Positions 18,834 through 28,747 of a stretch of DNA of 64,000 nucleotides are shown piece after piece (position 1 is the stretch's first letter; the number at the start of each line of letters is the position of its first letter). Below the pieces are notes generated by a model, which saw only the letters and a program-made list of their open reading frames with translations, was not told where the DNA came from and did no database searches. The DNA comes from an uncultured Chloroflexia bacterium. Its GTDB lineage: Bacteria; Chloroflexota; Limnocylindria; Limnocylindrales; CSP1-4. A program made the position numbers and the translations under genes. The stretch covers positions 96,001 to 160,000 of the forward strand of contig CAVYBU010000030.1 of NCBI GenBank assembly GCA_963766735.1. The letters are read 5' to 3'.

Positions 18834-21164
18834 GTGAACGAAGAGAACCCCGAGCCCGCCGAGGCTCCCGAATCTACCCCCGACCCGACCCCCGCCGACC
18901 CGGCGCCCGAGCCTGAACCCGCACAGGCGCTCGAGCCCGCACAGGCGCTCGAGCCCGCTCTCGATTCCGCGCCCGAGCCCGCTCAGGCGCTCGAGCCCGA
19001 CCCGGCGCCCGAGCCCGAACCCGCACAGGCGCCCGAGCCCGAACCCGCGCAGGACCCCGCCGACCCGGAACCCGAGCCCGACCCCGTCGGTTTCGCCGCC
19101 CTGGACCTGGACGAACGGCTGCTGCGCACCCTCACCGGCCTCGGCTACGAGGAGCCCACGCCCGTGCAGGAGGTGGCGATCCCGCCCTTGCTCGCCGGCC
19201 GCGACCTGCTCGCCGAGGCGCCGACCGGCACCGGCAAGACCGCTGCGTTCGCCCTGCCGATCCTCCAGCACCTCGCCCGCCGCATGGACGAGGCCCGCGC
19301 GGCCGGCCGCCCCGTCGACGGCCGCGGCGTTCCCCGCGACGGCCGCGGCAGCCGCCCGTCATCGCTCGTGCTCGCGCCCACGCGGGAGCTCGCGATGCAG
19401 GTTGCCGAGGCCATCCACCGCTACGGTCGAGACCTCGGCGTGCGCGTGATCCCCATCTATGGGGGCCAGCCGATCACCACGCAGCTCGCCCGCCTCGCCC
19501 GCGGCGTGGACGTCGTCGTGGCCACCCCCGGTCGGGCCGTGGACCACCTCGACCGCGGCACGCTCCGCTTCGACGAGGTCCAGACCGTCGTCCTGGACGA
19601 AGCAGACGAGATGCTCGACATGGGCTTCGCGGACGACCTGGACAAGATCCTGGGCGCCCTGAGGAAGGATCGCCAGACCGCGCTCTTCTCCGCGACGATC
19701 GCGGGGCAGATCGCCCGCCTCGCCGAGAGGCACCTCAACGACCCCGTCCGCGTCCGCGTCCACGAGACGCCCCAGGCAAAGGGCGAGGACGCCCGCGTTC
19801 GCCAGGTGGCGTACGTCGTGCGGCGCGCCGACAAGCTCGCCGCGCTGGGCCGCATCCTGGACCTGGAGGACGGCGCCGCGACCCTCGTGTTCGCCCGGAC
19901 CCGGGGCGAGGTTGACGACCTGGCCGAGGCACTCTCCGGCCGCGGCCGGGACGCGGCGGCGCTCCACGGCGGCCTCTCGCAGGAGCAGCGCGACCGGATC
20001 ATGGGCCGCTTCCGCGATGGCGCGCTGGACGTGCTCGTCGCGACCGACGTTGCCGCACGCGGGCTCGACATCGGCCACATCAGCCACGTCGTCAACTACG
20101 ACGTCCCGTCCTCGACCGACGTCTACGTCCACCGGATCGGCCGGACCGGGCGCGCCGGGCGCGAGGGCGTGGCGATCACCCTGGTCGAGCCGCGCGAGCA
20201 CCGGCTGCTGCGCGACATCGAGCGGGCGATGGGCCAGCCGCTGGAGATCGCCGGCCTGCCGACCATCTCCGACGTGCGCGAGCACCGCATGGATGCCCTC
20301 CGCGCACAGCTGCGCGAGGCCCTCGTCGCCGCTGACTTCGACCGGTACCGCGCAGTCGTCGAACCCCTGTCCGGCGAGTTCGACCTCGTTGATATCGCGC
20401 TCGCGGCCATCAGCCAGGCCGATGCCGAGGGGCGCGGCGCGGAGGACACCGCCGAGCTGGCGCAGGCGACCCTACCCTCGTTCGATCGGCCGGGCGCACG
20501 CGGGCCGGCAAGGCGGCCGTTCAACCAGGACCGGGGATACGGCCAGGATCGCCAGGGTCCCCGCGGGCCGTACAACGCGCCGCCGCGGTACCCGCAGCAG
20601 GGCCAGTACCCCCAGCAGGGGCACCAGCAGCAGCCGAACCGCGATCCGCGCTTCCGCCCGGGTCCTCCCGGCCCCGGCCTCGGCGCCCCGCCCCCATTCG
20701 GGGCTGACCAGGGCCAGTATCCGCAGCAGGGCCAATTCCAGGGCCAGGATCAGCAGGTCCAGCAGCGCCCGGGCCAGGGGCGCCAGTACGAGCCGCGCCC
20801 CGGTCAGGATCGTCCCATGCGTCCCGGCGAGCACGCAGGACCCCGCCGTGGGTTCCGCCTCTCCGGCTGGCACGATCCGGAGGGCCGCCCCGTGATGAGG
20901 GCACCCAACATTGGCTCGGGTGGCGGTGGTATCACCCGGCTGTTCGTGGGTGCGGGTCGAGCGGCGGGCATGCGCCCGGGCGACCTCGTCGGCGCGATCA
21001 CCAACGAAGCCGGCCTGCGCGGCGGTGACATCGGCGCGATCCAGATCGCCGACGGGTTCTCGCTCGTGGAGGTCCCGGAGGACGCCGCGGACCACGTGAT
21101 CCGTGCCTTGCGCGCGGCCACGATCAAGGGCCAGAAGGTGAACGTCCGCCGGGAGCGCTTCTAG
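18834..21164 (+). CDS. deaD: DEAD-box RNA helicase, DeaD/CsdA-like, with DbpA RNA-binding domain and low-complexity extensions
   Basis: Q motif GYEEPTPVQ, APTGTGKT, APTRELA, DEAD, SAT, HRIGRTGRAG; C-terminal RLFVGAGRAAGMRPGDLVGAITNE (DbpA). Confidence 0.93.
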   Translation: MNEENPEPAEAPESTPDPTPADPAPEPEPAQALEPAQALEPALDSAPEPAQALEPDPAPEPEPAQAPEPEPAQDPADPEPEPDPVGFAALDLDERLLRTLTGLGYEEPTPVQEVAIPPLLAGRDLLAEAPTGTGKTAAFALPILQHLARRMDEARAAGRPVDGRGVPRDGRGSRPSSLVLAPTRELAMQVAEAIHRYGRDLGVRVIPIYGGQPITTQLARLARGVDVVVATPGRAVDHLDRGTLRFDEVQTVVLDEADEMLDMGFADDLDKILGALRKDRQTALFSATIAGQIARLAERHLNDPVRVRVHETPQAKGEDARVRQVAYVVRRADKLAALGRILDLEDGAATLVFARTRGEVDDLAEALSGRGRDAAALHGGLSQEQRDRIMGRFRDGALDVLVATDVAARGLDIGHISHVVNYDVPSSTDVYVHRIGRTGRAGREGVAITLVEPREHRLLRDIERAMGQPLEIAGLPTISDVREHRMDALRAQLREALVAADFDRYRAVVEPLSGEFDLVDIALAAISQADAEGRGAEDTAELAQATLPSFDRPGARGPARRPFNQDRGYGQDRQGPRGPYNAPPRYPQQGQYPQQGHQQQPNRDPRFRPGPPGPGLGAPPPFGADQGQYPQQGQFQGQDQQVQQRPGQGRQYEPRPGQDRPMRPGEHAGPRRGFRLSGWHDPEGRPVMRAPNIGSGGGGITRLFVGAGRAAGMRPGDLVGAITNEAGLRGGDIGAIQIADGFSLVEVPEDAADHVIRALRAATIKGQKVNVRRERF

Positions 21165-21182
21165 GCATCCCGCCCGGCCAAC

Positions 21183-22028
21183 CTAGGTCGCGCCGCCGCT
21201 CTGGTCGCGCAGGAACCGCTCGATCTCGGTGATCAGATCGTCGCCCTCCGGCTGGCGTGACTCGTCCACCATCGCCTCGAGGCGGACCACGTAGGCCTGT
21301 GTCGTCTCGTCGGCGGCCGTGGCCGAGTCCAGCCGCACAAGCAGGGCACGCGCCTCCTCCGACAGGTCGCCACGCGGTAGCTCCAGGTCCAGGTGCCGCT
21401 CGACCGCTCGCAACAGCGCCACCGCGGCCGTGGCGTAGGGCCCGCTGACGTAGTGGGGGATCTGCGCGAAGTACCCGACCGCCGGAATGCCGCCCGCCGC
21501 CGCGGCCATCTCGAGCATCGAGAGCGCCGCCGCAGGCACCTTGAGCAGCCCGGTGGGACCCGCCTCCACCCCGCCGCGCAGCAGGCCGGGGCTCGACTCG
21601 GTTCCGAGGATCGGAACCGATCGCGTGTGGGGGACCGCGGCCGGGATGGCGCCCAGGCTGATCCAGCCACTGACGTCGAGGCGGCCGAGCAGCTCCACGA
21701 TCGCGTCGGCCAGCGCGTGCCAGCGGTCGTCGGGTTCGGAGCCGGTGAGCGTGAGCAGATCGCGTTCGCCGAACCGGGCGTAGCGGAGGACCAGCTCCGG
21801 CCAGGCGAGGGACGCGGGCCGGCCGTCACGGATCTCCAGCGTGGGCCGGCGGGAGCGGTAGTCGAACAGCTGGTCGGGGTCGAAGGTGGCGATGGTCGTC
21901 GCCCGGTGCACCAGCGTGGCGACCGCGCTGGTCGCGGCGGATCCCGCGTCCACCCACCCGTCCATGGCGACGACGACGACGGGATCGTCCAGGGGCGGCA
22001 GCGGGCCTTCGAGTCGATAGAGGGACAT
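21183..22028 (-). CDS. PAC2 (proteasome assembly chaperone) family protein
   Basis: AMDGWVDAGSAA, FDYRSRRP, GSEPDDRW, AVPHTR, AQIPHYV. Confidence 0.9.
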   Translation of the reverse strand: MSLYRLEGPLPPLDDPVVVVAMDGWVDAGSAATSAVATLVHRATTIATFDPDQLFDYRSRRPTLEIRDGRPASLAWPELVLRYARFGERDLLTLTGSEPDDRWHALADAIVELLGRLDVSGWISLGAIPAAVPHTRSVPILGTESSPGLLRGGVEAGPTGLLKVPAAALSMLEMAAAAGGIPAVGYFAQIPHYVSGPYATAAVALLRAVERHLDLELPRGDLSEEARALLVRLDSATAADETTQAYVVRLEAMVDESRQPEGDDLITEIERFLRDQSGGAT

Positions 22029-22149
22029 GTGCACAGGATACGGTCCCTGCGTCGCGAGGTCTGGACCGCCTGTCTGCGCCTGTCGGCCGATCCGGGCTAC
22101 TCCCGCGCCATCGCGGTTGGGCGGCGTCGGCCGGGAAGGCTCGTGGCCC

Positions 22150-22809
22150 TCAGGCCCGGCCCCGTTCCCTCCGTTCCGCCCGCACCGAGAGGTAGTGGTG
22201 CCACAGGATCCGGGCGGCGACGGCGCGCCACGGCCGCCATTCCTCGGCCAGCGCCAGCATCTCGCCCGCGGCGGGCCGCCGGTCAAGCCCGCGCACCTCC
22301 GCGATGGCCTGGGCGAGGGCGATATCGTGGATCGGCCACGCGTCCGGTCGCAGCAGCACCATGAGCCTGTAGATGGTCGCGGTCCACGGCCCGATCCCCG
22401 GGACGGCCGTGAGGGCGGCGTCGACCGCGTCGTCATCCATCGCCGGCAACGCGTCCACATCCAGCGATCCATCGAGCATCGCCGCCGCGAGCGCCCGCGA
22501 ATACCTGGCCTTCTGGCGGCTGAACCCGATCGCGAGCAGCTGGGCGTCGTCCAGGTGCAGGAGGCCGGAGGGGGTCAGCGGATGGACGACCGCCTGCAAC
22601 CGCTGGAAGGCGGCCAGCGCCGAGGCGAGTGAGACCTGCTGTTCGAGGACCAGGTGCACGAGCGTCGGGAAGCCCGGCTCGCGGGCCCACATGGGCGGCA
22701 CCCCATAGCGGGCGACGATCCCACCCAGGTCCGGGTCGCGCGTGCTCAGCTCCTCGACCGCGGCCGCGAGCGTGGAGTCCGTGAGACCGGTCGGTGCCCG
22801 GACGCGCAT
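22150..22809 (-). CDS. DNA-3-methyladenine glycosylase II (AlkA-like)
   Basis: LEQQVSLASA, LTAVPGIGPWTA HhH, RPDAWP, WRPWRAVAARILW. Confidence 0.9.
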   Translation of the reverse strand: MRVRAPTGLTDSTLAAAVEELSTRDPDLGGIVARYGVPPMWAREPGFPTLVHLVLEQQVSLASALAAFQRLQAVVHPLTPSGLLHLDDAQLLAIGFSRQKARYSRALAAAMLDGSLDVDALPAMDDDAVDAALTAVPGIGPWTATIYRLMVLLRPDAWPIHDIALAQAIAEVRGLDRRPAAGEMLALAEEWRPWRAVAARILWHHYLSVRAERRERGRA

Positions 22810-22845
22810 CCCCAGATCATCGCCGACCCGACGTCCGCGCGGACC

Positions 22846-23928
22846 TCAGGAAGCCCTGCCCGCCCCCGACTCCCGTCCGGCCGCGAGGAAGGCGGCGACG
22901 TTGGCCCACGGGATGTCGGGCTCATCGATGTCGTACGCGGGGCAGAGGACGAGACCGGCAGGTCCCAGCGTCTCGATCCGCTCGCGCACCTCGCGCCGGA
23001 TCTCAGCCGGTGACGCGAACGAGAACGTGGTCTGGCGACCGACCGTCCCCCACAGGGCGAGCTGCGGGCCGTAGCGGCGCCGGATCCGGATCGCATCCAT
23101 GTGCTCGGCCTGCAGCGGGTTGATCCCGTTGACGCCGATCTCGACGAGGTCGTCCAGGATCGGCTCGAAATAGCCGTCGCTGTGGTAGATGACGCGCAGT
23201 GCGGGCGCGGTCTCCCGAGCGGCCTCGATGATCTCCGCCAGGCGCGGCCGGAAGAACTCGCGCCAGGTCGCCGGGCCGATCATCATCGTGCCTGGCATGC
23301 CCACGTCGTCGTCGAGGGCAAGGACGTCGATGCCGGCGCCCGCGAGCGCGACGGCGTTGCGCCGTGCGAGCTCGGCGAGGCGGTCCAGCAGGAAGTGCGC
23401 CATCTCCTTCCGTTCGACGAGATCGAGCAGGAACTGCTCAAGCCCCCGCAGGCGCCACGCCGCCTCAAATAGCTCGCCGCCGAGATGGGGCGTGTTGCCA
23501 CCGGCGGCGAGGCCGAGCGCGTGGAGGTCCGCGACCTGGGCGGCGAGCCCGTCCGCGACGTAGGGTCCGTCCACGGCCGGGAACGGGAAGCGTTCGAGAT
23601 CGTCCAGGGAACGCGCAGCCTCCAGCGGGTTGCCGCCCGGCGCCTGCTCCGGGTGGTATCCCCAGCTGGCGTAGCGCGCCGCCTGGGAGACGCTGCCGAT
23701 GCGCGTGTTGCCATCGAAGGGCATCGCCAGGCGCCTCAGCTCCGCTTCCTCCGGCGAAACGGGGAACGCGACGAAGGCAACGTCCACCAGGTCGTCCTGC
23801 CACGCGCCGGGCGGCGCCAGGGCCCGGCCGTCGACCTCGTAGAAGCTGAGGGCGAGCGGGATCCGGTCCGGGATCCGGCCGTCGAGCGCGGCGAGGACCC
23901 GCGCCCTCCCGTCCTCCACGGCCGTCAC
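22846..23928 (-). CDS. Uroporphyrinogen decarboxylase-fold (UroD/MtaA-CmuA-like) protein
   Basis: FEAAWRLRGLEQFLLDL, DDVG, YHSDG, NPLQ, WGTVGRQ. Confidence 0.85.
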   Translation of the reverse strand: MTAVEDGRARVLAALDGRIPDRIPLALSFYEVDGRALAPPGAWQDDLVDVAFVAFPVSPEEAELRRLAMPFDGNTRIGSVSQAARYASWGYHPEQAPGGNPLEAARSLDDLERFPFPAVDGPYVADGLAAQVADLHALGLAAGGNTPHLGGELFEAAWRLRGLEQFLLDLVERKEMAHFLLDRLAELARRNAVALAGAGIDVLALDDDVGMPGTMMIGPATWREFFRPRLAEIIEAARETAPALRVIYHSDGYFEPILDDLVEIGVNGINPLQAEHMDAIRIRRRYGPQLALWGTVGRQTTFSFASPAEIRREVRERIETLGPAGLVLCPAYDIDEPDIPWANVAAFLAAGRESGAGRAS

Positions 23929-23937
23929 CGACTCGTC

Positions 23938-25377
23938 CTACAGGACCGAGGAGGGACCGTCGATGACGGCGTCCGTGACCATCCGCCTCAGCACTCGCGC
24001 CGTGGCCGAGCGCCGGTATGCGGCCGTCGAGCGAAGGCCATCACGTGGGTGAATGTCCAGGAGGATGGCCTCGGCAGCACGGGCGGCCACGTCGGTGCCC
24101 GGGACCGCACCCTCCAGGACAGCCTCGGCGCTGGGCGCCCGGATCGGCACTTCGGTGATCGTGCCGACCGCGACGCGGACGTCATGCCAGGCCAACGACC
24201 CGGGATCCTGCCGCCACGCCACCGCGAGCGCGACCTTGGCGAGCGCGAGGGCCCGACGGGTGCCGATCTTGCGGTAGCGCAGCTGCCGACCGGCCCCCAG
24301 CGGGAACTCCATCCGGAGCAGCAGCTCGCCCGGCCGGAGCGCCGTCCGCCGGTAGCCGATGAAGAACGACGCCGCCGGGATCTCCCGCTCGCCGTCCGGT
24401 CCGCCGGCGACCAGGACGGCTTCCGCGGCCAGCACCAGCGGCAGGCTGTCGCCCGCCGGCGAGGCGTTCACCACGTTGCCACCCAGGGTCGCCATGTTCT
24501 GGAGCTGTGTTGCCCCGAACGCGGACGCCATCTGCGCCAGCGCCGGGAGGTGGGCCCGGACAAGCTCCGACCCGCGCAGGTCGGCATAGGTTGCCGTCGC
24601 GCCGACCACGAGCCGGTCGCCCTCGATCCTGATCCCGCGGAGCTCCTCGATCCCGGTCAGGTCGAGCAGCGCCTTGTCGGCCGCCGAGGCGTCGCCCGCG
24701 AGCTCGACCATGACGTCGGTTCCGCCGGCGATCGGTCGCCAGGGGCCCGTTGCGAGGAGCGCATACGCGTCGGTGAGCGTCGTCGGGCGCACGAAGACGG
24801 GCCCGGCCCGCACATCCGCCCCGGCTTCCACGTTGGCGCGGACCGCGGCGCCGCCGAGCTCGCCCGACACCTGCGGCAGCCCGCCCGGCACCTCGCGCGG
24901 CGCCATCGTGGCTGCGTTCGCGATCGCGTCGATGATCTTCATGTACCCGGTGCATCGGCAGAGGTTGCCGGCGATCACCTCGCGGATTGCGGCGTCCGTC
25001 GGTTCGGCGCCGGAGTCGAGGAATGCCCGCGCCGACATCAGGATGCCGGGGGTGCAGATGCCGCACTGCACGCCGCCGGAGTCCACGAAGGCAGCCTGGA
25101 TCGGGTCCAGCCGCCCGTCGCTGGCCAGCCCCTCGACCGTGCGGACTTCGCGGCCCTCCACCTGGCCCATCGGGACCAGGCAGCTGACCACCGGGGTCCC
25201 GTCCACCAGGACCGTGCAGGCGCCGCACTCGCCCTCCCCGCAGCCCTCCTTGGTGCCGGTGAGACCGAGCTCGATGCGCAGGGCATCCAGCAGGCGCAGC
25301 CCGCCGGGTCCGGCGACCTCGACCGGGTTGCCATTGACCGTGAAGCGGGTTGTCCGGGCAGGCGCGGCGGTCGTCAT
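23938..25377 (-). CDS. Molybdenum hydroxylase fused [2Fe-2S] + FAD subunit (CoxS-CoxM/XdhC-XdhB-like)
   Basis: GTKEGCGEGECGACTV, QCGICTPG, GNLCRCTGY, then IAGGTD and NMATLGGNVVNASPAGD FAD motifs. Confidence 0.93.
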   Translation of the reverse strand: MTTAAPARTTRFTVNGNPVEVAGPGGLRLLDALRIELGLTGTKEGCGEGECGACTVLVDGTPVVSCLVPMGQVEGREVRTVEGLASDGRLDPIQAAFVDSGGVQCGICTPGILMSARAFLDSGAEPTDAAIREVIAGNLCRCTGYMKIIDAIANAATMAPREVPGGLPQVSGELGGAAVRANVEAGADVRAGPVFVRPTTLTDAYALLATGPWRPIAGGTDVMVELAGDASAADKALLDLTGIEELRGIRIEGDRLVVGATATYADLRGSELVRAHLPALAQMASAFGATQLQNMATLGGNVVNASPAGDSLPLVLAAEAVLVAGGPDGEREIPAASFFIGYRRTALRPGELLLRMEFPLGAGRQLRYRKIGTRRALALAKVALAVAWRQDPGSLAWHDVRVAVGTITEVPIRAPSAEAVLEGAVPGTDVAARAAEAILLDIHPRDGLRSTAAYRRSATARVLRRMVTDAVIDGPSSVL

Positions 25378-27688
25378 GACCGGACCTCCTCTGCGTCGCG
25401 GTCGGCCGCGTCGAGCGCCGCGAGGATCCGCTCCGGCGTGGCGGGCAGCTCGTGGATCCAGACGCCGGTCGCGTCGTGGATGGCGGCGACGACCGCCGGC
25501 GCCACGACGTCCATCGGCAGCTCGCCGAGCCCCTTGGCGCCGTGTGGCGCGTCCGAGAAGGGGTTCTCCACCAGGACGGCCGTGATCTTCGGCGCGTCGA
25601 GCGAGGTGGGGATCAGGTACTTCGATAGCCGGTCGTTGAGGAACCGGCCGTCCTTGAGCTTCATCTCCTCGATCGTGGCATAGCCGACCGCCTGGAGCGA
25701 ACCGCCCTCCACCTGGCCGGCGGCCATCAGCGGGTTGATGACCGTGCCGCAATCGTCCGCGGAGACGACGTGCCTCACGGCCACCTCGCCGGTGTCGAGG
25801 TCCACCTCGACCTCGACCGTGGCAGCCGCCCAGGAGAACGCCGGGTAGGCGTCACCGACGTAGGTCGCGTCGTCCCAGGTGATGTCCGGGTAGCCGGTGA
25901 ACTGCTCGTCGAAGCGGAGGGCGCCATGGGTCCGGGCGACGTCGCCGTAGACCGCCGAGAACGGCCCGCGGCGCGTTCCTCGACGGCAGCCCGGAGCCGA
26001 TCGGATGCAAGGGCGAGGAGGCCGCCGACGACCATCGTGCTGCGCGAGGCGACGGTCGGGCCGCTGTTGGGGACGACGGAGGTGTCCTGGCGAACGATGC
26101 CCACGTCCTCGAACGGGATGCCGAGCCGGTCCGCCACGATCTGGGCGAAGACGGTCCGCACTCCCTGACCCATCTCGGTCTGGTTGGAGACGGCGAGGAC
26201 GCGCCCGTCCGCCGTCAGCTCCACCGCGGCGATGCTGGCGAGGTACTTCTCGCCACCGCCCGTGAAGCCGGCTCCATGCCAGCCCATCGCGACCCCGATC
26301 CCGGGCGCGCTGCGCGCCCTGCCGGCCGCGCGGTCGACGGTGCGAGCGGCGGCGAAGGTGCTCCGGCGGGTCTCGAAGTCGCTCGCCTCGAGCGCAGCCG
26401 CCAGGGTCTCCCGGGCCGACACGCTGTCCTTCAGCACCTGCTGGGTCGGGGTCAGGTCCCCGAGCTGGTAGGCCCAGCGCGCCCGCAGCTCCGCCGGCGA
26501 GACGCCGAGCGCATCGGCGATCCGGTTGACCTGCATCTCGGCGGCGAACTCCGTCTGGGGTGCGCCGAAGCCGCGGAAGGCGCCCGTGGGCGGCGTGTGG
26601 GTCTGCACTGCTCGCGCGTGGATGCGCACGTTCGGGCAGGCGTACGGGCCGGCCGAGTGGAGGGTCCCGCGGGAGAGCACCACCGACGAGAGGGTCGCGT
26701 AGGCGCCGCCGTCGAAGGTGATGTCGATGTCCTGGGCGATCAGCCGGCCGTCGCGCGTGACGCCGGTGCGATGGGTGATCACCGCCGGATGGCGCTTCGT
26801 GGTGACCGAGATGTCCTCGTGACGATCGTAGATCAGGCGGACCGGGCGACCGACCGCGAGGGCGAGCATGGCGGCATGGATGGCCAGCCCGGACGGGAAC
26901 TCCTCCTTGCCGCCGAAGGCACCGCCGGTGTCCTCCTGGACGACCACGCACCGCTCGCCGTCGAGGCCGAGGGCCCGCTTCATGGCCGCGTGGACGTAGT
27001 ACGGGCACTGCAGCGAGCCGTGGACCGTGACGCCGCCGTCCGGCCGCGGCACGGCGATCATGCCCTGGGTCTCGATGTAGAGCTGCTCCTGGTGGCCGAC
27101 GCGGTAGGTCCCCTCGATGACCAGGTCCGCCTCGGCGAACCCCGCCTCGAGGTCGCCGCGGGCGATGTTGTACTCGGTGAAGACGTGGTCGGACGCGAGC
27201 ATGTCGGTGACGGCCGGGAGCGGCTCCGTACGAAGCCGGATGTGGTCGCGCGCGGCGTGCGCCAGCGCAAGCGTGGGGGCCGCGACGAGGGCGACCGCCT
27301 CGCCGATGTGGCAGATCTCGTCCACCGCGAGGACCGGCTGGTCGTCCTTCATCAGGTGGATGACGTTCTCGCCCGGCACGTCGGCTGCCGTGAGCACCAC
27401 CACCCGGCTCCAGTCGAAGGCGGGGTCGCGCTCGATCCCGAGCAGGCGGGCATGCGGCTCGGTGGCCCGGACCGTGGCGCCGTGCCATGCCCCGGGTACG
27501 ACGAAGTCGTCGGTGTACCGCGTGGCGCCGAGCAGCTTGGCAACGGCATCCACCCGGGGCACGGACCGCGGGTCGGCTGCGGGATCGCGGATCCAGGTGG
27601 CCGGCGACGCCTCTGGTGGGACCGCCACGGGAGGCGCGGTCAGGACAGGCGTCGCGTGGGGGGTGCGGATCGGCGCCTGCGTCGTCAT
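25374..27688 (-). pseudogene. Xanthine dehydrogenase-family molybdopterin subunit with a 1-bp frameshift at ~25962-25975 (possibly a sequencing error)
   Basis: N-terminal part in ORF 25775-27805 (GGAFGGKEE, AFRGFGAPQ, EMGQG, TVASR). C-terminal part in ORF 25374-27488 (EVEVDLDTGEV, GQVEGG, AKGLGELP). Adding one base joins them (…VEERAGGPFSAVY…). Confidence 0.88.
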
Positions 27689-27693
27689 GGCTG

Positions 27694-28644
27694 CTACTCG
27701 TCCTTCACGATGTGGGTCCCGGCCTTGCCGCGGACCGCGCCCAGGAGGTTCTCCGGGTCCGTGATGATGGCTTCGCGGCCACCCCGCTCCAGGAACCAGA
27801 TGCATGCCTCGATCTTGGGCGCCATGCTGCCCTTTGCGAAGTGCCTGCCCTCGGCAAGATACGTCCTGGCCTCGGACAGCGTCATCCTGTCGATGAACCG
27901 CTGCTCAGGCGTGCCGAAGTCAAGGGCGACCCGGTCCACGGCGGTGGCGATCACCAGGAGGTCGGCCCCGAGATCGCTGGCCAGCAGGGAGCTGGCGAAG
28001 TCCTTGTCGATGACCGCGGGAGTGCCGTGCAGGTTTCCGCCCGCGTCCGCCACGACCGGGATCCCGCCGCCACCAACCGTGATGACGATGAAGCCGGCGC
28101 CAACCAGGGTCCTGACGGCGTTGAGCTCGACGATCCGCATCGGCCTCGGCGAGGCGACCACGCATCGCTTGCCTCGACCGGCATCCTCGACGACCGTCCA
28201 GCCGTCGGCCTGCCGCTTCGCCGCAGTCTCGTCATCGAGGAACGAGCCGATCGGCTTGGTCGGGTTGGCGAACGCCGGGTCGTTCCGGTCCACCTCCACC
28301 TGGGTCACGACGGTGACCGCTTCCTTGTCCAGCCCGAGGCGGGCGAAGTCGTGGCCCAGCGCCTGCTGAAGCTCGTACCCGATTGCGCCCTGCGAGTCGG
28401 CGCCACAGACGTCGAGCGGCACCTCGTGCAGCTCGTGGGCGGCGAGCTCCGAGCGGCGCAGGATGAAGCCGACCTGGGGCCCGTTGCCGTGCCCGATCGC
28501 CATCCGCCAGCCATCCGCGATGAGGGCCGCCAGGTGGTGGCTGGTCTGCTCGAGCGCCGCGATCTGGTCCGGCACCGACTGGTGCTGCTTGTCCTTGATC
28601 AGCGCATTGCCGCCGATCGCGACAACCATGAGGGGACTCGTCAT
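27694..28644 (-). CDS. arcC: Carbamate kinase (YqeA/ArcC)
   Basis: VVAIGGNAL, GHGNGPQVG, PTKPIG, VVASPRP, GGGGIPV, VIDKD, GSMAPK. Confidence 0.95.
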   Translation of the reverse strand: MTSPLMVVAIGGNALIKDKQHQSVPDQIAALEQTSHHLAALIADGWRMAIGHGNGPQVGFILRRSELAAHELHEVPLDVCGADSQGAIGYELQQALGHDFARLGLDKEAVTVVTQVEVDRNDPAFANPTKPIGSFLDDETAAKRQADGWTVVEDAGRGKRCVVASPRPMRIVELNAVRTLVGAGFIVITVGGGGIPVVADAGGNLHGTPAVIDKDFASSLLASDLGADLLVIATAVDRVALDFGTPEQRFIDRMTLSEARTYLAEGRHFAKGSMAPKIEACIWFLERGGREAIITDPENLLGAVRGKAGTHIVKDE

Positions 28645-28747
28645 CCCATTCCTCCCCGACCCGTGGGCCGGTTGCAGATACGGTCGATTCCGGGGTTCGG
28701 CCGCGACCCGGACGGGCCACGGCCGAGAGTCAGACGCAGCGTGACTC

